The translations under genes were made by a program, and so were the position numbers. A stretch of 64,000 nt of DNA from Andalucia godoyi And28. Its lineage: Eukaryota > Protista > Jakobida. How positions within the stretch are numbered: the stretch's first letter is position 1; the number at the start of each line of letters is the position of its first letter. The DNA lies in assembly GCA_009859145.1 (NCBI GenBank), contig VRVR01000015.1, positions 299,705-363,704 on the forward strand, given 5' to 3'. Below the pieces are notes generated by a model that was not told the DNA's origin, ran no database searches, and saw only the letters and a program-made list of their open reading frames with translations. Positions 1 to 11,700 of this stretch are shown here, in pieces.

Positions 1-1750
1 CACCTGCTGCGGCGATGCTTACGACAGAGGACGCATTGCTTAGACGCCGGGGTGCAAAACGTTTTGAAAAGGCTATGCAGTGTGTTATGGGATGCGAGCA
101 GAGCAGTGCTTTTGCAACCCAAAAGTACCCCCCCACTCCTTCCCTGCATTCTGGCCACGCGTGCAAGTTCGAATGTTTTCCACTATTTCCAGTCTGCTGG
201 GTGCACCCGGCTATCATCTCACTGGCAAATGCCGCCCCACCAAACAGGGAGGAGAGGAAAGGAATGGAGGGGACAGAGGAAGAGAGTTTTTCAGTTACGA
301 CAGACACGAGCGGGTGGCCGGATGGGGGGACGATTGCGGCGCTTCTGACTTCAGTCCCGTAGCAGTGCTGGAAAGATCTTGTTTTCATTCGAGGACAAGG
401 GCAACGGTGAGGAGGAGCGCTCGATGGCGGGTGCCGGGGGATTTTCAAGTGGATTTGGAGGCACCGGGATTCAGATGCTGCTGTTTTGTGCAGCTTCAGC
501 GCGGACGGTGTCCTTTCGAGGTCACTTTTTGCTAGTAGACTCGGTGCAGCGTGCCGCGTACAGGCTGCTTCCGGGTCCACTGGAAACGCGGCACGCGCCG
601 GGTTGGTGCCTGACGTGCCTTGAGATCCAACGATAGACGGAGGCAGCAGCGGGTTGGCACGCTGCCTTAAACCGAAGCTGCCGTGCGGACTGTTTTTCAC
701 TTCGTTCAGTGCCATGCTCACAACTTTCTTGTTCTTGTTCTTCTGGACAATGTGGCGGTAGACAGCAAAAACACACAGACCCAGGACGATGAGCGTAAGG
801 ACAACAAAGACCACCGTGACCACTGGAGAACCCGAACTCGGCCCATCCTCAGAGGAAGTCGCCCCTCGTGCACCGCCTCGTCGAGTTGAAAAGCTGGAGA
901 AGTGGCGAGTTCGGCACTTGAGAGTTCGGTTGTTCTGCGACACCAGCTGCACTCCAGATTCATCCCATTTTTGTGCGGGCCGTGTTCCAGTAGACGCATT
1001 TCCAGTCATAGGAATGCAAGTCGCTGTCGGCGACAGTGTCGTTTGACAGCACAATCTCAAACACCACTCCGTCTCCGCCAAGGTCCGAAACCGGCGCTTC
1101 CGAGCCGTCGGTGGCCGATCTCACCGAGAACGTCAGCGTTCCACTCGATACTGGACCGTCGTTGCCGCTCTCTCCAGCTGCCGTTGGAAAGATCGAATGT
1201 GGTATCCGGGTGGAGTGGAGAAACACATGCTCGCTGCTGTTTCTGGCTCCAGGACGACTATACAGAAACTGAGACAACGACGAGTTTTTCGATATGGAGA
1301 ATCCATTTTGCGAAACTGATGGACAAACTGTTCTCGGACATCATCTGTGCCTCCGAGGTAAACGCAGAACCCTGCAGCACCCGACTTGGGGTTCCTGGTT
1401 GTAGCGTTGCCACCTTGGCAAACATCAAAGACTCTGTTGCTTGCAGTACTGCAGTTGCGGTGTCTGGCGATGACGAGCTAGTTGTGCTTGAAACCATGGA
1501 GCTGACTACAAATGCTACGTCCGACCACGCCTGTTCTTCAATTCGAAACATCGGATCGGAGGAGATGTCTGTCGAGTAGAATGACTGTGCATGTGTTCTT
1601 TGCTGCTTTGCCATTTGGCAAATACCGTGTTCAGTGCTTGCGAGGATTTCCTGATGTCACTCTCCGGTACGGCATATCTTCTGTGGACGCGCTGTTCGAG
1701 ACGGTGCGCTGTTGATGCGGGATTCCAAAAGGGCATTTTTGCGAGGAACA
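1..1750 (-). pseudogene. Frameshifted GAIN/GPS-domain single-pass membrane protein (PKD1/adhesion-receptor-like); the 3' part runs off the window start
   Basis: Joining ORF 1258..1614, ORF 960..1277 and the unlisted frame below about 968 gives ...DWKCVYWNTARTK/WDESGVQLVSQNNRTLKCRTRHFSSF (GPS motif). A hydrophobic segment VVTVVFVVLTLIVLGLCVFAVY and basic RHIVQKNKNKK follow. Frame changes are needed at about 968-972 and probably about 1306-1309. The 5' end is not resolvable. Confidence 0.7.
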
Positions 1751-2199
1751 TGCGATAGAAACGTGAATGCAAATTACACAAGACTGAGAAGCAAGTGTCA
1801 AAAAACATGTATATATATATATATAAAACAATGAAAAGAAAGAAAAGGCGCACTGGCCCAAAAAAGCTGCTGTAGATCATTGGATGCACCGTTACTGAAA
1901 CTTCGACTTTCGAAAGAGGTGGAACATCAATTGCCCCTACAAGCACCCAATGCATTCCTCATTTTTCCCCGTCTCACGCTTTTACAGTCCAACAGGACAC
2001 GTACAGCCATCCGACATTCGACGTGACATCCGTGCCTTTTCGGTTTTGGTTTTCGGTTTTGGTTTTCGTATTATTTCGTATCTTTGATTTTTTATATTTT
2101 TTATGTTTATAGATTTGGGGGATATATTTTTTGACTTGTTGTGATTCTGCAAGCTGCTTTCAGATTGGGAACTGGAAAGAGAATAAGCGGCCGAGTCTG

Positions 2200-3351
2200 A
2201 TGTCTGCTCCCTCTTTGTCGATTGCTGTTCGTTCGTCGTGTGAGACTCCCCAGGCGCCGTCGGTGGCGTCAAAAGAGTTCATTTCGTGCACGCCGAACCC
2301 GCAGCAAGCGAGAATTTTTAAATTTGGATGTCCGATTTGCATGCAGTATTTCAAGAGAGCGCATGTCACAAGATGTTGTTCGCAAAAGATATGCGATCCG
2401 TGTGCACGTTCGCTGTGGCCAGAACTTGATACGTCGTTTTTAGGGAGACTGAAGACAAGAAAACTGCCACCGAGGCCGTGTCCGTATTGCAACTGCGACC
2501 AGATCCGAGTGCGCAAAGCAAAGAATGCAGATGCGGATTTCTCGTTCTCGAATGGACATACGACGCCGCGAGGCCAGGTTGTGGCACAACAGCTCGGCTC
2601 CGGAATTTATTCGACGTCTTCTGAAGATGAGAAGGACGGCTCCTCAGCGGCGAGGAGTGGTGCTGGTGCACAGTACTCGGAAAGCAAGCATCAGAATCGT
2701 GAACAACGGAGCAGCACGCCGTTTTCGCCGTTCAAAACAGGAATGTCGTTTGAGGACTTGAAACGAAAAATGATGAGGATTAAACATGAGGGTTACGATG
2801 AAGGAGGGACGCAAAAGGATTTGGGGCTTGCGGAAGAGCAGCGGCAATTGGGTGCAGAAAGTCGCGCCTCGTCTTGCTCGAGCTCGTGCAGTGAGTGGAG
2901 CGACAGCGAATTGCATGTTCACCCGAACGCTCACGTCGCCAACAATCGTAACAACAGCGGTAGTGGTATTAGGCGACTCGTGCATTCTGCGCCTCCCTAT
3001 GGAAAGCCTCGAACTGCACTGTCGGTGGTGGTTCCGGAGCGGATTGCCGATGCGTCGAATCTTTTTGTGCATCCCAAACAGGGTGCTCACAGACCGACGA
3101 CGGCCAGCGCTGCCTTGCCGCCTCGTCCTTCTGTGTCTGGCGTACGGCGTTCGTCCGTTGTTGTTCCGATCGCAGAAGACGAGAAGGCAGCTGCAGACGT
3201 TGTGCCTCCGAATGTCGCAGAAGACGCAGCAGAGCGTCGGGTGGAGTCGGTGGCTCCAGAGTCGCATCCGCCGCTCGTGGTGAGAAACGCAGCGCCAAAC
3301 GCACCTAGTGCTCCCGAGTCGAAGAAGACGGGATGTTGTTCCATTCTGTGA
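2200..3351 (+). CDS. DA2/GW2/Sip5-type RING-finger protein (putative E3 ligase) with a C-terminal CaaX
   Basis: CPIC-x11-CC-x4-CDPC...CPYC pattern, disordered Ser-rich middle, C-terminus KKTGCCSIL*. First ATG is at 2200; the ORF track opens at a non-ATG codon, 2131. Confidence 0.7.
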   Translation: MSAPSLSIAVRSSCETPQAPSVASKEFISCTPNPQQARIFKFGCPICMQYFKRAHVTRCCSQKICDPCARSLWPELDTSFLGRLKTRKLPPRPCPYCNCDQIRVRKAKNADADFSFSNGHTTPRGQVVAQQLGSGIYSTSSEDEKDGSSAARSGAGAQYSESKHQNREQRSSTPFSPFKTGMSFEDLKRKMMRIKHEGYDEGGTQKDLGLAEEQRQLGAESRASSCSSSCSEWSDSELHVHPNAHVANNRNNSGSGIRRLVHSAPPYGKPRTALSVVVPERIADASNLFVHPKQGAHRPTTASAALPPRPSVSGVRRSSVVVPIAEDEKAAADVVPPNVAEDAAERRVESVAPESHPPLVVRNAAPNAPSAPESKKTGCCSIL

Positions 3352-3648
3352 TTCCACACAGGAAAGGCTTGTTTTTATCGGGATCGTCTTTTGCTGTGAA
3401 CAAGAAATTGTAATTTATATTTGTTGCCGTAAAATTTACCAACGCCACACCGAGATATGCGCAATTGGATCGAGAAGACGGTTCTAGAGGACGCAAAGAC
3501 GATCAGCCAGGTGGCGATCATCAGACCGTGTACAGAATGACGGAGCAAATTTATGAAATCTACTCAACTGATGCATCAGCAGTCTATGGTACACAAAGAA
3601 TGGTGGTGGTGGTGGCGATTATGAAAGGCAAAGGCATTCTTCGTCGGA

Positions 3649-6075
3649 TCAGATAAAAATCTTCACAACACTGTCCGCGCCTCCAGTTGCCATGATGCCC
3701 TTCGACGGATGGAAAGCAATGCACAAATTTGCTTCTTCAAACTTGGAACGATGACCAGGGCACTCGTGGAAGCATCTTCGGGAAGCAAGATCCCAGAAGC
3801 GAATACTCTCATCATGCCCACCGGTGACAAAGTAGGCACCAGACGGGTCAAAGGCGACGAATGCCACTGCATCTTGATGAGCAACCATGGACTGGACGCA
3901 GCGGTGAGATGAAAGGTCGTAGATCCGCACTGTGTGGTCCTCATGAGATGTCAATGCAATAGGCAGCGTCGGATGGACTGACACCTGGTAGGGCTGGCGT
4001 GAGGCAAGATCATGGGAATGTGCAGGGTTCGAACTCGCATCACTGAATGTGTAAGGAATAAGAACCGATGGTGCAGATGGTTGCTCAAAGTGGAACACGG
4101 CCAGTTCCCCATTCGCGTAAACCACAACAAATTTGGAAAGATCAAAGGGAAGCCATCGCACAGCGACCGGCACATTCTGAGACCCGGAAGGCGAAACAAA
4201 CAGAGCTCTCTCGTACTGCTGTTCATTTTTTCCATCCTCCGCGCCATCACTCGTCTGCTGTTGTTGTTGCACATCATGCGGAGAACTCTTCACGCTCCAC
4301 AATCGAACCGTTCCGTCGGCAGACGCGGAAAGGAGCAGCGGGAGGTGCGGATGCGCATCCAAGCTCCAAATCGCATCTGAGTGCCCTCGAAGTGAACATG
4401 CACTGAATGAGTCCAAGGTAGGGAAAGCAGCAGTCGGATCAAAGTCTTCCAGCTGGCCCGTGGCAAGCGTCTGTGGAACATTCCATACACGGATGACGCC
4501 GTCGGCGCCTGCTGTGTAGCAGTAGGAACCAACGTGAGCATCCTGGTGACTGTGCATTCCCTGGTCCGCGTGATGCATGGCAACAGCCAGAACTGGTCCG
4601 CTGTGGCCTCGGATCGTGTACAGAGGTTCCACATCAATCACCGTGCCAGCAGCCTTGTCAAATGATCCATGCGAGCTGGACGACGGAAGGTGAAGGGAAC
4701 GGAGGGACCACCACTTTGCAGATCCGTCCTCAGAACCAGACATGAGCCAGTCATACTTTGGATGAAATACAATGGACCGAATTCCATTGAAGTGAGACCG
4801 CAAAGTTGCACTCTGCGACCAGATCTTATGTGCCACCAATTCTGCAGCAGGAGAGGACAAGAAGAGTGGGGAAGACGCAGCACCATGTCCCGAAACAGCA
4901 GCATCTTGCTCATCCTGCTCGTCGACCGCTAGTGAACCGTGCTCCTCGGTTACTTCCGCACCATGCTTCAGTTGGTCTGCGGAAGTCTCATTTCCTGATC
5001 GCAGAGACCGTTCAAGTTCATCTCGCATCATCGATTCGTGTTGCTCCTTTTCCTTCATCGACCCTTTGCTTCCTGTCTTGCGATTACTCAGCTTAATCAA
5101 TCGCGACACTTCCGCCTGGCCAAGTCCCAGTTGTGAAGCCATTTGCTGGATTTCATCAGATGACGGCTCCTCTGCCGTCGTGAGATCCTGCGATTCTGTG
5201 CTCTTTCGAAGTCCTTTAGAACCATGATCCGCCTCCGCCTCCGCCGATTCCGAATTCGCGACTTCACCATTTGCAACGACAGCGGATTTGGACTCCTTGC
5301 TACGGCCAGGCGTGGACGACCCAGAAGTTTTCAGCGGCGGCGTCTTGTTCGCTGGAACCAGAATTGGCTGAATTCCCCCTATCCTATCGACCTCTACAAC
5401 TTCACTATCATTTGCATTGCCATTGGCGGCTCCGTTTGTGCTCGCGCTTCCAGGTGCAATCGAGGCTTCCTCGGTGGCAGACTCTGCAACCAATGCCCGC
5501 GCTTCTGCAATCACACTCAGAGTGCGAGGGGACGCAGAACTTAAACTCAGCGAGTCGTCGATTCCAAGCTGCGAGAGATATCGTCGCAAGATTGCCCTCG
5601 ACTTTACCAAGACAGATTCCACGGGGGCAAATGGCATTTCGACCACATGTTGTTGTTGTTGTTGTTGCTGCTGCTGCTGTTGTTGTGGGTGTAATTTTCG
5701 TTGTTGCTGCTGTGACGGCTTCTCGCCAAGCTGATCATCTTGGTTTTGACTGGAGACTGCGCCAAGATTTCCATTACTAGTAAGTTCGGCACACCTCATG
5801 CTTCGCTCGTGCTTCAATGCAGCTTCGAGCATCTTAATTCTTCTCAAAAGGTCCTCAAACAGCCGATCTTGGCCCTTCCGCTCTCCTTCAAGCGTCCGAA
5901 CGCGTGCTTCCAGTCTGGATTTCTCGAGGGCCCACGAGCTGCGCTCTCGGTCAAACAACTGCCATTCCGAAACGAGCTTCTCAAGCAAAGCCGGAAACGG
6001 CGGAGTCGAGTCTGCGAACGCCCCAGTGGGCGTCGGGACCGGCGTATCCAGAGTATGGACCGGAAAGTCAGACAT
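3649..6075 (-). CDS. STRN: Striatin (PP2A B''' / STRIPAK scaffold)
   Basis: N-terminal striatin coiled coil EWQLFDRERSSWALEKSRLEARVRTLEGERKGQDRLFEDLLRRIKMLEAALKHER, polyQ linker, C-terminal WD40 repeats (LRSHFNGIR, GHSDAIW, AHQDAVA). Confidence 0.92.
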   Translation of the reverse strand: MSDFPVHTLDTPVPTPTGAFADSTPPFPALLEKLVSEWQLFDRERSSWALEKSRLEARVRTLEGERKGQDRLFEDLLRRIKMLEAALKHERSMRCAELTSNGNLGAVSSQNQDDQLGEKPSQQQQRKLHPQQQQQQQQQQQQHVVEMPFAPVESVLVKSRAILRRYLSQLGIDDSLSLSSASPRTLSVIAEARALVAESATEEASIAPGSASTNGAANGNANDSEVVEVDRIGGIQPILVPANKTPPLKTSGSSTPGRSKESKSAVVANGEVANSESAEAEADHGSKGLRKSTESQDLTTAEEPSSDEIQQMASQLGLGQAEVSRLIKLSNRKTGSKGSMKEKEQHESMMRDELERSLRSGNETSADQLKHGAEVTEEHGSLAVDEQDEQDAAVSGHGAASSPLFLSSPAAELVAHKIWSQSATLRSHFNGIRSIVFHPKYDWLMSGSEDGSAKWWSLRSLHLPSSSSHGSFDKAAGTVIDVEPLYTIRGHSGPVLAVAMHHADQGMHSHQDAHVGSYCYTAGADGVIRVWNVPQTLATGQLEDFDPTAAFPTLDSFSACSLRGHSDAIWSLDAHPHLPLLLSASADGTVRLWSVKSSPHDVQQQQQTSDGAEDGKNEQQYERALFVSPSGSQNVPVAVRWLPFDLSKFVVVYANGELAVFHFEQPSAPSVLIPYTFSDASSNPAHSHDLASRQPYQVSVHPTLPIALTSHEDHTVRIYDLSSHRCVQSMVAHQDAVAFVAFDPSGAYFVTGGHDESIRFWDLASRRCFHECPGHRSKFEEANLCIAFHPSKGIMATGGADSVVKIFI

Positions 6076-6792
6076 TGACTATGCACACAGAACAATTGAA
6101 AATCGGAATTAAAATTGGAAATAAAATATAAAAAAATAGTAATAATCTATAACACAAAAACAGAGGAACCGCACAAACACGTGATCGGGAATCCCGGAGC
6201 TCGTGAGTACAAGAGAAGAAAAGAACAAGAAAGAAGAGATTACGTAACCACAAAGCTCCTGAACTTACAAACAAACAAACCAAACCGAAAAAAAAAAGGG
6301 AAAAAAAACGGAAGCAAATAAGAAAACGAATGGAGAAAGGAAATATATAAAACCATCAACACTCGAGAGAGGCGGGCCCACAAACGGAGATGATCAAAGG
6401 AAAGGGTAGATGGACTGGTGGTGGTGGTGGTGCATTGGAGCGGCCGGGTTACGGGGTGTGCGTGTGTTGGGTGTGTTGTGTCTATTGATGCTGGGATACT
6501 TGGACTTCAAAAAAGAAAATTACAGAAGGTGCAGTTATCGGTGTATAATAACCCTCCAAACTCAAACGTCTGGTGGACGGCTGTGATATTTCATCGGATA
6601 GTATGGTTGAAGTTGTGCAAGGTCGAGGCCCAATGAGACACTGTTGAATATTGAGAGCCTCCGCATTCCGGTGTAATCGATGATTCCGCCGCCGCGCCTT
6701 TCTCTCTCTCTCTCTCTCTTTTTGGCGCACACCATTCCCAATCAACAATCGATGCAATATCCGCTCGATTGAAAACAGCGAATGAAAAGATC

Positions 6793-6908
<116 letters not shown>

Positions 6909-7049
6909 AAGTCGATAAAATGCGGAATGGCAATAAATGAAGCTCGTTGAAATCCCTGGTTTTTTTCCTGGTTTCCAAAGTCCAAACGGGTTCAAACGAA
7001 TGCACTAATTAATCAGTTCGAGAGCTCTGACGAAAACATAGGTTGTTAC

Positions 7050-8132
7050 TGGTTTGGGGGGTGTGCGGGCCCACGGATGTCGCACTCAAAAAGGAAACTT
7101 CATTGGATGGGCGCTGGCGCGGGTTGTAAAAGTCACTTTACGCCATAAAACCTGTCTGAAGCGCAGCATGGGAGCCAAATGTTTGGAGAGGTTTGGGTTG
7201 GAGGGTAATACTGGACAGTTTGACGACCACGCATTCATGCTGAGAGAATTTACTGCTTTTTGCAAGTTTGGTTTCTCGGATAAATACGTCAACCGTACTG
7301 CTCATTACTCGCCTACATTATGCACTGAACATGCATATCTGCGGATGGACATGCATATTCAGTCTTGCATCCCGTCGCCGGAAAGGGGATAGGCCCCCCA
7401 ACACGCCTCACGGTGTCCTTCAGATAGATGCTCCGCGCTCCGTTCCCAATCTCGATCAATCTGTGAGCCACTTTCTGAGCGTGACACGTTGCTGCTGAGA
7501 AGGGTGCATTTTGAGTCTGACGGCCCTAGCAGCAGGCGCTTTCGTGTCCTCAGTTGCAGCGATTGATGCAGCTGGAGATACGAGAGGAAGAGGCGGTAGG
7601 AAGACGGTGGGTGGTTTTGCGACTGCGACTGCGACTGCGACTGGTGCATTGTAGCAGAAAGCTAAGAGTTCTGCAAGAGACGGTCCCTGAGGCTTCTGCT
7701 TGGGGTTGGCTACCCTGAGTGCTGGGGATTGGAGATCGTGTCTTGGAAATTCGCCTCTTGGCAGTGCGCTGAACGAATGATAGATGGCTACGCGTAAGCA
7801 CGAGTTCTTGTGAAACAAACGTGCTGGTGTTGGCCAGTATTGACCGTGTCTGTTTATGGATACTTTCCTTCTGTATGCATGACAATGACGTGTTATTATT
7901 CAACGGCGAGGTAAAGGCTAGAGGAGTCTCGTGATTCTTTTTATCTCGAGTCACCGGGACCAAGGTCGTTTGGAGTGACGGTGCCGTGCTCTCTACGCGT
8001 CTGTCGATTAAGATTCGCCACATTGACGGGGGTGTGTCCTTCTCCCTGACCTGGTTGATAGGCCATGTCATCGTACTTCGACACTTCTGCACCACTCGGG
8101 TCCAAGTGACTGTGGTCGGAGGGCTGTTCCAT
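7050..8132 (-). pseudogene. Decayed or frameshifted low-complexity gene-like block, product unknown
   Basis: ATG 8132 ORF stops at 7941 next to an A-run. Plausible protein-like text continues in other frames (ORFs 7550..8311 and 7456..7818, e.g. APVAVAVAVAKPPTVFLPPLPLVSPAAS). No family recognised. Confidence 0.35.
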
Positions 8133-8721
8133 TTCGTTCCAGTGTTGCTTTGATTGTTACTACACTTTCTACTAATGAACGGATAAACAGAGGAGGAAGA
8201 AAAAACAGAAGGAAGAAGAACACGAAATAAAATTAAAAAACAAACACAAGCAAACAATGATCGTGGTGGCTGTTGTTTCGTTACATAATTGACATCCATT
8301 GAAGTGACCACTGGAAGTCATCGGGGAACGGCGCACAGAACGAGGTGACACGCAACACGCCACGCACTGCACGGTGAGCATATGCGCCCTCCCCCCGCAC
8401 GCTCCAGGAGCGACTAACTCACGAAGTTGCTACCGCTGCGACTGCTGCGACCGCCGAGTTCCGTGCACGAGACGTTCTGCAAAAGACAGAGACAGGGCGA
8501 CTGGCGGGACGCAGGGGGGGCGGAGGGAAGGGCACGTGTTGCTCTTTGCAAAGATGACACACTGTTCTGCTCATACACTGAAAATCCGCCGGACTCTCAT
8601 CCCGTCCGGTCATCAATGACCCTCCAAGGGGATTTCCGCAGCAAGTGATGTGGTGGTAGAGAAAGACGTGTTTGTTGTTTTCAAATTCACCCATTCTCTT
8701 GACAACGAGGTTGCTGCAGAG

Positions 8722-11700
8722 ATGCTGACGACCATGTTCTTTACCGCTCTTTGTGTCTTCTTGGTTGGTGTGAGTGTCTGCGTCAGTGATGGTGCGCGAG
8801 TGATTTCGGCGTATCCTCGGTTCTTTGGGTATCCATCGTGGGACGGTCTTGGGTCCAACTACGCTCAAAATTACACATCTTCTGTTGTAACATGGGGAGA
8901 CCCTGACAGCGGCGCAAACGCATCGGCGGTCAGCGCTCGCATCAATTCTGGAACAGTCGCGGTGTTTTCCAACAAATATGCATTCGCTGCACTTCACAGG
9001 ACTGGCAGCATTACGACATGGGGCGATGCACAGTACGGCGGGAGCTCATCTTCGACGGTTTCCAGTCGAATCAGCTCGAGTGTCGTATCTGTGTTCGGGA
9101 ACGAAGGTGCGTTTGCTGCGCTGAAGCTCGATGGATCGGTTGTTACCTGGGGAGATGCTGGATACGGCGGCGATTCGTCTGGTGTTGCCGACTTGGTTGC
9201 GTCTAATGTGCAGCACGTATATTCTACAAAGTCGGCGTTTGCGGCTGTCAAGTCGGACGGATCCGTGGTGACCTGGGGAGACCCAAGCTCGGGAGGCGAC
9301 AGTTCTGCAGTTGCCAACAAACTGACAAGCGATGTCAGCCGCATTTCTGCAACCTGCTGCGCGTTTGCTGCATTGAAGAGCGATTTGTCTGTTGTCACCT
9401 GGGGCTCCGCAATGCACGGAGGGCATACGAGCTCGACCATCACAGGTGTCCGAGTTATTGTCTCAACAGACACAGCATTCGCTGCCATTAAACTTGATGG
9501 TTCTGTTGTTGCATGGGGCAATCAGACTGGTGGCGGAGATGTCTCGTTCGCAACTTCCAGTCTCTCCTCTGGGGTGGTGGCCGTCTATCCATCGTCCTCG
9601 GCCTTTGCTGCTTTGAAGAGCGATTCGTCTCTTGTCGTCTGGGGTGGTGATGCTGCCGCCGACACCTCACTCGTCGCATCGCACTTGCAATCGGATATTG
9701 TTAGCGTGACAGCGTCATCAAACGCATTCGCGGCTGTGAAGAGGAATGGCTCGGTTGTGGCATGGGGTCTTTCCACGGGAGGCGGGACGATTCCAACGAA
9801 CGCGTCCACGCAGCTTTTGTCGGGCGTTGTGGCTGTGTATTCTTCGCATCAGGCATTTGCGGCGTTGAAACAGAACGGGACAGTGGTTGCATGGGGAAAT
9901 CCGTTATTTGGTGGAAATGCCACAGAAGTTCACCAACAGCTCTTGATTGGAGCGATTGATGTGTTTCCGGGGTACAGGGGATTTTCAGCATTAAAAGACA
10001 CAGGAGAGCTCGTGACTTGGGGTGGGATCTCTATTACGGGACCTCTCGCATTGTACGTGACCTCTGGTGTGATTGCAGTTTCCTCCACGAGCTCGTCATC
10101 AGCTGCGCTGCGCATTCGGTGCTATCCGGGCACGTATTCTGTATTCGACGGTCTGACCAGCTCACGATGCGTTTCTTGTCCGGTGGGGATGTTTGGAACG
10201 ATCGACGGCGCATTGAACCCGTTGTTTTGTTCTTACTGCCCAGGAGGTACGTTTTCCAACGTTTCTGGTATCGACTTAAGCGGGTGCCACACTTGTCCCG
10301 CTGGAACATACAGCAACGGCTTGAAGACGAACTGTTCTTTGTGTCCAAAGGGAACGTATGGCATGGAAGAAGGGGCGAACTCCAACGGTACTTGCGCACC
10401 GTGTCCCGCTGGTTCTTTCTCCACCACTGCTGGTTCTCCTTCCTGCAGCCATTGTCCTATGAATTTCTACTCCTTTGCAACCGGGGCGCTCTCCGCCAAC
10501 GTGTGCATGCCGTGTCCCGAGGGGTTGTTCACCAACACCACGGGTGCTTCGTATTGCATTGGCTGCAACAGCACAAGTCTGTATTACAACGCTTCCCTGG
10601 ATCGTTGTGTTTCTTGTTCATCAGACACTGTGTATCTGGTCGTGAATGCCAATGGGACCGGGTGCAGGCCCTGCACGTGCAAGAATGGAGGGGAGTGTGT
10701 TCCTCGAGAGGCTATTTGCGTCTGCCGCCGCGGCTACTCGGGGGAGTTTTGCGAGCATTCCATGCTCACCCCGACTCCCGCGGGAATTCCTGCAGAGGGA
10801 TCTGGAAAGGTGGCAATGACAGCGATTACAGCGATTGCCTACGCCACCGCACTGCCAATCTATCCTGGTGTGGTGTATCTCTTATTGAATTCAGTGTTGT
10901 TTGCGACGAGACTTGCGCTCCTGTCGCTTGCGTATCCTGTGTGGTTCATCAAGTTTGCGCAATGCTACCGAGTTCTGTTGATGAGCTTTCCGGTGCTGAA
11001 TGCTGCGCCGATTTCGGATCCGGAGGCGTATGAATCCAATCTTGTCATTTACACAGTGGAGACTGCGGGTTCGTTTGATCAATATTTGGGTATCGTGCTC
11101 TTTGCATTGCTACTTGTGGTGCTGGCCATTCTCGCGTTTTTTGCGCTGCTGGCTGGCGGCCTTGTGCAGGGATTGAGGATTTGGAAGCCAGAAGTCGATA
11201 TTGTGAATGTCATGATCTTTCTTGCCACAAGGCTTCATGCGATTTTGTCCATGATGTTGTATTCTTGCATCTTCCCGATATTTCTAGGCGTCTTCATCTC
11301 TATTGCGTCTGGAAATGCGGGCCTTGGATGGGTCATGTTGTTCTTTTGGCTATTGATTGCTGCAGCGGTCTTTGTCGCTGAGCCGGTGTACAGAAACTGG
11401 AGGAGGACCGCGAGTGACCGCAATGTTCCCTGTTCCAGTTCCAACACCAGTCTGTTGATTTTGTTGTTTCGACCGCCATGTTGGTGGTTTCCGTTTGTGT
11501 CTACGATCCAGTTTACCCTTGAAGCTCTGTTGATCGTGATGGCTGCCGAAGGACGGATCTCCTCCGAATCTGTTCTCACGGTTGCCATGTCGTTCAGCTT
11601 GGCCCGCGCGCTGTTCGTTGCCGTTATGCATCCAATTCGCTCCTGGCCGGTGCATACAATGGACCTCTTGTATGCGGGGCTGGACAGCGTCTTCCTCATA

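Noticed and set aside
1300-1630. Tiny GT-AG introns (13 nt near 1316-1328; 20 nt near 1606-1625) to repair the GAIN gene
   Set aside because: The one supported intron is 118 nt with GTATGT, and the GPS frameshift at 968-972 has no GT-AG, so micro-introns cannot explain the pattern.
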